From positions 161-64,160 of the forward strand of contig NZ_JBQEDF010000012.1 in NCBI RefSeq assembly GCF_052107835.1: a stretch of DNA of 64,000 nt. The letters are read 5' to 3'. This DNA is from Corynebacterium sp. Its GTDB lineage: Bacteria; Actinomycetota; Actinomycetes; Mycobacteriales; Mycobacteriaceae. The position numbers and the translations under genes are program-made. The notes beneath the pieces are model-generated. The model made no database searches. It was not told where the DNA came from and saw only the letters and a list, made by a program, of their open reading frames with translations. Below are positions 43,901 to 50,655 of the stretch, piece after piece (position 1 is the stretch's first letter; every line of letters starts with the position of its first letter).

Positions 43901-45015
43901 TCGGTGGAGGTCCTCCGGTTGTTCTGGACGAGCAGGTAGATCAGGAACAGTCCGCCGACCGCGGAGGTCAGCAGTCCGACGGGCAGCTCCACGGGCATGA
44001 TTGTCTGGGTGGCGATGTCGGCGAGCACCAGCAGGGAGGCACCGAACAGGGCGGACGCCAGCAACGGCGGGGTGGAGCGTCCGCAGAGGCGTTGGGCGAT
44101 CTGCGGGGAGACGAAGGCGACGAAGCCGATCGGGCCCGCCGCCGACACGGCCACCGCCGCCAGTGCCACGGAGAACAGCAGCAGGGCGACCTGCACGCCG
44201 GTCACGTTCTGGCCCAGGGACCTGGCGATGTCCGGGCCGAGGATGCTGGCCAGCAGCTGGAAGGCGATCCAGGCGAACAGTGGGACACCGATGAGGATGC
44301 CGACCATCACCGGCAGGCCCTTCGTCCAGTCCGAGGCGTTCAATGAACCGGACAGCCACAGTTGGGCGGAGGCCGCGTCCCGCAGGTCCGCGCGGGTCAT
44401 CAGGAAGGAGATGTACGCCGACAGCAGGGCGGAGATGATGATGCCCGAGAGCACGAGCCGGAACGGGTCCATGCCGCGCCGGTAGGCCAGCACCCAGATC
44501 ACCAGGCCGGTGAGCAGTCCACCGAGCAGGGCGGCCACCGGGATGCCGACGCCGGCGAGCCAGCCGACGAATCCGCCGGACGCCCCGCCGCCGAGCACGA
44601 TGATGGTCACCGCCATGGCGGAGGCACCGGTGGTGATGCCCAGGATGTCGGGGCTGGCCAGGGCATTGCGGGTCACGGACTGGGTCAGCGCGCCGGACAG
44701 TCCCAGGGCCGCCCCCACCGCGAGTCCCGTGAGCGCCCGGGGCATCCGCCAGTCGAAGACCACCAGGTTCTCGATGCGGGTCCCGTCGCCGGTGAGGACG
44801 ATCTCGATGACGCGCCACGGGGTGATGGGGTAGTCGCCGAGTCCGATGCACACCGCCAGGAGCAGGGCGGTGGCCACCGCGAGCAGCACGGTGGTGAAGA
44901 ACTGCCGGGGGCGCCACACCGTGGAGTAGGCGCCGATGCGGAAAGCGGGGCGTCCGGGGACCCGGACGTCGGAGACGTAGCGCCGTCTGCGGCGCGTGTT
45001 CCCGGGGGCGCTCAC
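43897..45015 (-). CDS. Iron-siderophore ABC transporter permease (FepG/FecD-like)
   Basis: 372 aa from GTG 45015 (GTGA overlap). FecCD-family body (…GAALGLSGALTQSVTRNALASPDILGITTGA…). Confidence 0.85.
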   Translation of the reverse strand: MSAPGNTRRRRRYVSDVRVPGRPAFRIGAYSTVWRPRQFFTTVLLAVATALLLAVCIGLGDYPITPWRVIEIVLTGDGTRIENLVVFDWRMPRALTGLAVGAALGLSGALTQSVTRNALASPDILGITTGASAMAVTIIVLGGGASGGFVGWLAGVGIPVAALLGGLLTGLVIWVLAYRRGMDPFRLVLSGIIISALLSAYISFLMTRADLRDAASAQLWLSGSLNASDWTKGLPVMVGILIGVPLFAWIAFQLLASILGPDIARSLGQNVTGVQVALLLFSVALAAVAVSAAGPIGFVAFVSPQIAQRLCGRSTPPLLASALFGASLLVLADIATQTIMPVELPVGLLTSAVGGLFLIYLLVQNNRRTSTE

Positions 45016-46106
45016 AGCTGAACCACCTTCCTGCGGACCAGCATGTAGATGAACATCGGGGCGCCGACGAAGGCGAGCACGATACCGACCTGGAGTTCCC
45101 CGGGCCGGGTGATCAGCCGTCCGAGGACGTCGGCGTAGAGCAGAAGGCACGCCCCGCCGAGTGCGGAGTACGGCAGTATCCACCGGTAGTCCGGTCCGGT
45201 GACCGACCGCACGAGGTGCGGCACCACCAGTCCGAGGAAGGCGATCGGCCCGGCGGCCGCGGTGGCTGCGGCGGCCAGCAGGGCGATGACGACCATCCCG
45301 ACGAGTCTGGCGATCCTGGTGTTCACCCCGAGGGAGGACGCGACGTCGTCGCCGAGGTTGAGCAGGTTGAGCTGCGGGCCGGTGGCGAAGGCCAGGATGA
45401 GGCCGATGAGGATGACCGGCAGGACTCCCCAGAACACGCCCATGTCGCGTCCGGAGACGGAGCCGACGGTCCAGAAGCGCATGCGGTCGAGGTTGCTGTC
45501 GTCGGTGAGGACCATCGCACTGATGATGGCCTGCAGTACGGCGTTCATCGCGGCGCCGCCGAGGATGAGGGTGAGGGGGTGGACGTTGCCGCCGCCGACG
45601 GAGGCGAGTCCGAAGACGGCGGCGGTGGCGAGGATCGCGCCGAAGAACGCCCAGACGGCGGTCATCCCGGTGCTGGTCACGTTGAAGACGGCGAAGCTGA
45701 TGACCACGGCCAGGGCGGCTCCCGAGGAGATGCCGAGGATGCCGGGGTCGGCGAGCGGGTTGCGGGTGTGGCCCTGGATGAGGGCGCCTGCGACGCCGAG
45801 GGCGGCGCCGACGATGATGCCGATCAACGTCCGGGGGAACCTGAGTTCCACGATGACCTGCAGGTCGGGGTCGGTGATGTCGTCCGAGCCGATGGCCCCC
45901 GGCACATCGCGGAGGCGGTCGAGGAGCACGTCGGTGGGGATGATGCGTGACCCGAAGGCGAGGCTGAGTCCCATGCCGATGACGAGCAGCACCAGCAGGA
46001 CGACCAGCCCGAGCAGACGTCGGCGTCTCAGCTGGGAGGCCGCGGACGGGGCTGCGGTGTCCGCGTGTGGTCCGCCCGGGGCGGTGGCGGTTGTGCCCGT
46101 CGTCAT
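45012..46106 (-). CDS. Iron-siderophore ABC transporter permease (FepD/FecC-like)
   Basis: 364 aa with ...RFPRTLIGIIVGAALGVAGALIQGHTRNPLADPGILGISSGA..., the FecCD family signature. Confidence 0.88.
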   Translation of the reverse strand: MTTGTTATAPGGPHADTAAPSAASQLRRRRLLGLVVLLVLLVIGMGLSLAFGSRIIPTDVLLDRLRDVPGAIGSDDITDPDLQVIVELRFPRTLIGIIVGAALGVAGALIQGHTRNPLADPGILGISSGAALAVVISFAVFNVTSTGMTAVWAFFGAILATAAVFGLASVGGGNVHPLTLILGGAAMNAVLQAIISAMVLTDDSNLDRMRFWTVGSVSGRDMGVFWGVLPVILIGLILAFATGPQLNLLNLGDDVASSLGVNTRIARLVGMVVIALLAAAATAAAGPIAFLGLVVPHLVRSVTGPDYRWILPYSALGGACLLLYADVLGRLITRPGELQVGIVLAFVGAPMFIYMLVRRKVVQL

Positions 46107-46161
46107 TGGACCCCTTCCGGTCGTCAGAAAACGGGCGGGGACACAGGCCCCTCGCCCGAGG

Positions 46162-46180
46162 ATAGGTTCACCTTACGGTG
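46162..46180. promoter_or_regulatory. DtxR/IdeR-like iron-box candidate upstream of the permease-ATPase-SIP operon
   Basis: ATAGGTTCACCTTACGGTG matches TWAGGTWAGSCTWACCTWA at about 13/19, with a perfect TAGGTT left arm. It lies 56 nt upstream of the start at 46106. Confidence 0.4.
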
Positions 46181-46280
46181 TGCCTGACGACCGTGCAATA
46201 CGACGGCCCAGCCTGAATCCCCGTGAATGAGGAACGGTCACGGAGTCACCTGGGCGTGCGTACTGTGTCCGGGAAATGGA

Positions 46281-46541
46281 TCAGAAAGGGAGCTTCGGGA
46301 GCGGCGGCAGCTTGATGTCCAGGGCGTTCATGAGGCTGATGATCGACGCCACGGCACCGGCCACGGTGCCGACGCTGCCGATGACGCCCAGGGGGTTGTC
46401 GGGGAGCTCGATGGAGCTGCCGCCTTCGCCGTTCTCGCTGGAGCCGGGGAGTCCGGTGTCCTCGGCGGTGGCGACGCCGGCTCCGGCGAAGGCGACGGTG
46501 GTGGCGGTGGCGATGGCAAGGAACGACTTCTTGAGCTTCAT
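46281..46541 (-). CDS. Small secreted/envelope protein, paralogue a (86 aa) of a four-gene family I could not assign
   Basis: ATG 46541 behind the SD AGGAGA. Signal peptide MKLKKSFLAIATATTVAFAGAGVATA|ED. Gly/Ala/Ser zipper stretch GVIGSVGTVAGAVASIISL. Pro-rich tail KLPPLPKLPF. Confidence 0.65.
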   Translation of the reverse strand: MKLKKSFLAIATATTVAFAGAGVATAEDTGLPGSSENGEGGSSIELPDNPLGVIGSVGTVAGAVASIISLMNALDIKLPPLPKLPF

Positions 46542-46861
46542 GTGGCTTCTCTCTCCTGGAAACGTGATGCGCGGGGTGCGCAGCGCTGGACACATCGTGG
46601 TTGTTTCGGGAGGGAACGTCCACTGACGCGGGAGGTGGTTGTGACGGCAGAAGGGTATTCCACGGGGCCTGGGAGGGCGTCGGTGCGGTGGGCGCGCCGG
46701 GTGCCCGGCGGGAAGCCGGTGGTCGGACGTACCGGGGTGGAGGCCGCACATTTTCAGCCCGAACATGCGGTCGCAGAAGGTGGTTGCCGGGGAGGGGGTG
46801 CGGGACCAGGGGGCTTCCCGGATGCTGTCATGCTGCAGGTCACAGCGGTTAAACATCTGTG

Positions 46862-46897
46862 GACACAACAAAACCCCCGGCCTCTCGGGCGGGGGTT
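46862..46897 (-). terminator. Rho-independent-type terminator after paralogue b
   Basis: Hairpin aaccccc(g)g...cgggggtt at 46872-46897, followed on the minus strand by TTGTTGTGTC. Confidence 0.55.
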
Positions 46898-46930
46898 GTG
46901 CGTACCGTGATGACGGTTCGGAGACGGGAA

Positions 46931-47188
46931 TCAGCCCTGTGCGCCGAGGAACGCGAGGGTGTCCTCGATGACGCCCTGGAAGCTGTCGGAGGCGTCGACG
47001 ACCGCTCCGAAGGCTCCCGTGATATCGCTGATGTTGTCGGCGGCATCGCCGAGATCACCCAGAGAGCCGATCGGGGCCGGGTCCTCCGGCTCTTCCGGCT
47101 CATCCTCCTGGGCGGCAGCCATGCCGGTGCCGGCGAGGGCGAGGGTCGACACGGTGGCGGCGGTGAACAGGGTTCTGCGGATCTTCAT
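46931..47188 (-). CDS. Small secreted acidic protein, paralogue b (85 aa)
   Basis: SD AAGGAG 8 nt upstream. MKIRRTLFTAATVSTLALAGTGMAAA|QEDEPEEPEDP... The C-terminal module AFGAVVDASDSFQGVIEDTLAFLGAQG aligns with paralogues c and d. Confidence 0.7.
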   Translation of the reverse strand: MKIRRTLFTAATVSTLALAGTGMAAAQEDEPEEPEDPAPIGSLGDLGDAADNISDITGAFGAVVDASDSFQGVIEDTLAFLGAQG

Positions 47189-47240
47189 GTGTGGAGCTCC
47201 TTGCGAGCGGATCGGTGGTGAGGGGTACGCGCTGGAAATT

Positions 47241-47283
47241 CAACAACCCCCGGCATCCGGAAACCGGGGACGGGGGTTGTTGG
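47241..47283 (-). terminator. Hairpin terminator after paralogue c
   Basis: Perfect 11-bp stem caacaaccccc/gggggttgttg enclosing an inner ccgg-aaa-ccgg hairpin. It lies 22 nt past the stop at 47305. Confidence 0.55.
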
Positions 47284-47304
47284 GGTGTCCGTGTGGACAG
47301 CGGC

Positions 47305-47667
47305 TTACAGGAAGCCGTTGGCTTCGAGCCACCCGGTCGTGTTGGACACGACCTCCTGCCAGGTGTCGGACGCGCCGACGACGGCGTCGTAGGCCTCGGC
47401 GACCGCACCGATGGAGGCGGCGCCACCGGCAACGGATGCCAGGGCGATCAGGACCTTGCTGTAGTCGATCTGGCCGTCGGTGTAGGAACCGAGGTCGTCG
47501 GCACCGGTGATGGAGCCGAAGACGTCGCGGTTCTGGGACAGCTCGGCGGAGCCGGCGGTGGGCGTGCTGCCCTCGGGCAGGTCATCCTGTGCAGAGGCGA
47601 CGCCGGTACCGGCGATGGCGATGGCGGAAACCGATGCGAGGGTGACGAAAGTCTTGCGAACCTTCAT
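47305..47667 (-). CDS. Small secreted acidic protein, paralogue c (120 aa)
   Basis: Strong SD GAAGGAGAG. MKVRKTFVTLASVSAIAIAGTGVASA|QDD. The mature part is about 65 % identical by eye to paralogue d. Confidence 0.75.
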   Translation of the reverse strand: MKVRKTFVTLASVSAIAIAGTGVASAQDDLPEGSTPTAGSAELSQNRDVFGSITGADDLGSYTDGQIDYSKVLIALASVAGGAASIGAVAEAYDAVVGASDTWQEVVSNTTGWLEANGFL

Positions 47668-47879
47668 ATTGGTGTCTCTCCTTCTTGAGGATCGTCGTTG
47701 GAGGGGTGGGACGAATCCGAAACTAACACGGGGGAGAGGGGTGCGAAACAGATAGGATCAGGACGAATTGCAGGGCAGGTACACGCCGGGGTATGCGATC
47801 CTTAATTTGCCTGAGAACCTATTGGGACCTGCGAAAATGGCCCCTGGGGTATGCCATGAATGGACCCCGGGGTATGAAG

Positions 47880-47906
47880 AAACCCCGGTCCAGGAGACCG
47901 GGGTTT
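47880..47906 (-). terminator. Hairpin terminator after paralogue d
   Basis: Perfect 11-bp stem aaaccccggtc/gaccggggttt with a 5-nt loop, 40 nt past the stop at 47946. Confidence 0.55.
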
Positions 47907-47945
47907 CAGCTGATTCTGTCGCCTGTTGGCGGAGGGGGAGCGTCC

Positions 47946-48302
47946 CTAGAGAACGCCCTGGCTCTCGAGGAAGCCGATGGTGTCGGAGACCACGCCCTGC
48001 CACGTGTCGGACGCGCCCACGACGGCGTCGTACGCGCCAGCGATGGCGGCCACGGAGGCGGCGCCACCAGCGATGGAGGCAAGGGCGATGAGGGTCTTGC
48101 CGTAGTCGATCTGGCCGTCGGTCCAGGAACCGAGGGCGTCAGCGCCGGTGATGGAGCCGAAGACGTCGCGCTCGGCGGAGGCGTCGGCGGATCCCTGGGT
48201 GGGAGGGGTGTCCGGAGTGTCCTGTGCTGAGGCAACGCCGGTGCCAGCGATGGCGAGGGTGGTGGCGGCGCCAGCGGCCGCCAGGCTCTTCTTGACAGAC
48301 AT
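47946..48302 (-). CDS. Small secreted acidic protein, paralogue d (118 aa)
   Basis: ATG 48302 (the ORF-track start 48428 is over-extended). MSVKKSLAAAGAATTLAIAGTGVASA|QDT...DVFGSITGADALGSWTDGQIDYGKTLIALASIAGGAASVAAIAGAYDAVVGASDTWQGVVSDTIGFLESQGVL. Confidence 0.75.
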   Translation of the reverse strand: MSVKKSLAAAGAATTLAIAGTGVASAQDTPDTPPTQGSADASAERDVFGSITGADALGSWTDGQIDYGKTLIALASIAGGAASVAAIAGAYDAVVGASDTWQGVVSDTIGFLESQGVL

Positions 48303-48974
48303 AATGTTCCTCTGAGTATGTGAGGGTTCAGGGTCGGTCATTAACTTAGTGCACGCTGAGTCTCCCGAATACAGGAAATTTCCAGCTTGCCCACATGTGG
48401 GGGTAGGTATATTTGCACATGTACCCACCGGGGTATTCAGAACCTGTCGCCCGGGTCCGACGGTTGAGGCACTTTCCGTCGCGGTTGTTTCGTTCCGGCT
48501 CCGCGGTCCTTCGGAAGTGCATCACCGATGTGGTCCGTGAAAACCCCTGGGGAAGGGTGTGATCTCTGGTGTTTCTGTGTCCTGGCAGGGGCCGCGGATC
48601 CTTTCCGTGGCCGTCGCAGTGCGCGGTGGTGCCCGGGGGATTGCGGTCGCAGGGGCAGTCCATTGAAAGGTGAGCCTCACCTGCAATAACAGAGATTCCG
48701 GAAGGTGAACAACAGATGTCGGGAATGTTAAGGTTCCGGGGTGAGGGGGTGGAGTTTCCTGATGTCCCGCCCCTGATGCTTACGTCCTGCGTCCCGGGTC
48801 TGTCCTGCCACGGTTTTTGTTCCCCGTCACCGGAGGTGGCATACTTGGGCGGTTGCCTGTGGTCCGCGGGGAGACGTACGTCCCCCGCACGACCGCGTGA
48901 AGGCACGGACCGCGTGCGTGAGGGTCGGTAATCCCACGTACACAGAACTACTAGGTCTACAAGGAGACTCCGAA

Positions 48975-49349
48975 GTGATTCAGCAGGAATCGCGTCTGAA
49001 GGTCGCCGACAACACCGGAGCCCGGGAAATCCTGGTCATCCGCGTGCTCGGCGGCTCCACCCGACGCTCCGGCGGTATCGGTGACGTCGTCGTCGCCACC
49101 GTCAAGGAAGCAGCCCCCGGTGGGAACGTCAAGGCCGGCGACATCGTCAAGGCCGTCATCGTCCGCACCAAGAAGGAGACCCGTCGTCCCGACGGCTCCT
49201 ACATCGCATTCGACGAGAATGCCGCCGTCCTGATCAAGGGCGCCGACAACACCGACCCGCGCGGAACGCGCATCTTCGGGCCGGTCGCCCGCGAACTGCG
49301 CGACAAGCGCTTCATGCGCATCGTTTCTCTCGCCCCGGAGGTGCTCTAA
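48975..49349 (+). CDS. rplN: 50S ribosomal protein L14
   Basis: GTG 48975 behind the [37 protein letters not shown]... is the canonical L14 N-terminus. The ORF-track start 48897 is over-extended. Confidence 0.96.
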   Translation: MIQQESRLKVADNTGAREILVIRVLGGSTRRSGGIGDVVVATVKEAAPGGNVKAGDIVKAVIVRTKKETRRPDGSYIAFDENAAVLIKGADNTDPRGTRIFGPVARELRDKRFMRIVSLAPEVL

Positions 49350-49352
49350 CCC

Positions 49353-49667
49353 ATGAAGATTCGTAAGGGAGACACCGTCCTGGTGATCTCGGGACCGGAC
49401 AAGGGCGCCAAGGGCCGGGTCATCGAGGCCTACCCGCAGCGCGACAAGGTCCTGGTCGAGGGCATCAACCGCATCAAGAAGCACGTCGTGAACTCCGCGC
49501 CCGAGCGCGGTGCGGAGTCCGAGGGCATCGTCACCCAGGAAGCACCCGTCCACGTGTCCAACGTGATGGTCCTGGACGCTGAGGGTGAGCCCACCCGCGT
49601 CGGCTACCGCTTCGACGAGGACGGCAAGAAGATCCGCATCTCTCGCCGCACCGGGAAGGACATCTAA
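49353..49667 (+). CDS. rplX: 50S ribosomal protein L24
   Basis: 104 aa with [39 protein letters not shown] (KOW motif). Confidence 0.96.
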   Translation: MKIRKGDTVLVISGPDKGAKGRVIEAYPQRDKVLVEGINRIKKHVVNSAPERGAESEGIVTQEAPVHVSNVMVLDAEGEPTRVGYRFDEDGKKIRISRRTGKDI

Positions 49668-50236
49668 TGAGCGAGAACTACACTCCCCGGCTCAAGACCC
49701 GCTACCGCGGTGAGATCCGTGAGACCCTGAACAACGAGTTCAACTACGACAACGTCATGCAGATCCCCGGCGTGACCAAGGTCGTCGTGAACATGGGCGT
49801 CGGCGAGGCTGCCCGTGACTCGAAGCTGATCAACGGCGCCATCAAGGACCTCACCCTGATCACCGGCCAGAAGCCGCAGATCCGTGAGGCCAAGAAGGCC
49901 ATCTCGAACTTCAAGCTGCGCGAGGGTATGCCCATCGGCGCCCGCGTCACCCTTCGTGGCGACCGCATGTGGGAGTTCCTGGACCGTCTGCTGACCGTCG
50001 CCCTGCCCCGGATCCGCGACTTCCGCGGCCTCTCGGACCAGCAGTTCGACGGCAACGGCAACTACACCTTCGGTCTCAACGAGCAGTCCATGTTCTACGA
50101 GATCGACGTCGACTCCATCGACCGTCCCCGCGGCATGAACATCACCGTGGTGACCACCGCCACCAACAACGACGAAGGCCGCTCGCTGCTCCGCGAGCTG
50201 GGCTTCCCGTTCGAGGCCGGCCAGAACGCCAAGTAG
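49667..50236 (+). CDS. rplE: 50S ribosomal protein L5
   Basis: 189 aa with ...[20 protein letters not shown]...[20 protein letters not shown]... Confidence 0.96.
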   Translation: MSENYTPRLKTRYRGEIRETLNNEFNYDNVMQIPGVTKVVVNMGVGEAARDSKLINGAIKDLTLITGQKPQIREAKKAISNFKLREGMPIGARVTLRGDRMWEFLDRLLTVALPRIRDFRGLSDQQFDGNGNYTFGLNEQSMFYEIDVDSIDRPRGMNITVVTTATNNDEGRSLLRELGFPFEAGQNAK

Positions 50237-50259
50237 GCCACTGGGCTTACCGGTGTAAC

Positions 50260-50304
50260 AGCGCCGCCCCTTCCCGGATTCGTCCGGGGTGGGGCGGCGC
50301 TTTT
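50260..50304 (+). terminator. Rho-independent terminator after rplE
   Basis: agcgccgcccc (50260-50270) pairs with ggggcggcgct (50291-50301), encloses an inner cccgga-ttcg-tccggg hairpin, and is followed by ttt. Confidence 0.75.
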
Positions 50305-50326
50305 CCGCTGTCGTGTCAGGGGGACG

Positions 50327-50611
50327 TCACGGATGGGCCAGCAGATGCTCCGCCGCGGCAGACAGTTCGTCCCGCACTGCCCCGAGGTCCTCCGGCGTGG
50401 CGGTGTCCAGCAGGGTCTTGATCGTCTGGTTCGCCTTGTCCCCGTGCTCCCGGTCGTCATCGTCCCACTCCCCGGAGAGGTGTGCCGTGATCAGGTGCGC
50501 ATCATCGTCCAGGACCAGGGCGGCGTCCTGCGTGGTGGTGGCCGACGTCGTTGTCGCATCGATGTAGTCGGTGACGATACCGCGCAGGTTCGGGGGCAGG
50601 GGAGAAGTCAT
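50327..50611 (-). CDS. Hypothetical small acidic protein (94 aa) downstream of the nitrate reductase gene
   Basis: ATG 50611, 44 nt after the nitrate-reductase stop. GC-rich third positions support coding. No SD or family recognised. Confidence 0.45.
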   Translation of the reverse strand: MTSPLPPNLRGIVTDYIDATTTSATTTQDAALVLDDDAHLITAHLSGEWDDDDREHGDKANQTIKTLLDTATPEDLGAVRDELSAAAEHLLAHP

Positions 50612-50655
50612 GCAGACCAGTGTTGTCACCAACCGCAGACCGTGCAACCTGGAAC

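Noticed and set aside
48716-48931. 71-aa ORF with four Cys ([37 protein letters not shown]...) in the rplN upstream region
   Set aside because: Third-position GC is only ~69 % by my count, well below neighbouring genes. The C-terminus is Arg-rich and no motif is recognised. It remains possible only as a micro-protein and would need Ribo-seq.
4552-48974. The 44-kb block as a classical mobile genomic island
   Set aside because: No integrase, transposase, tRNA attachment site, flanking direct repeats or phage genes were recognisable. The coding style looks native. It is reported instead as an operon-splitting cargo locus.
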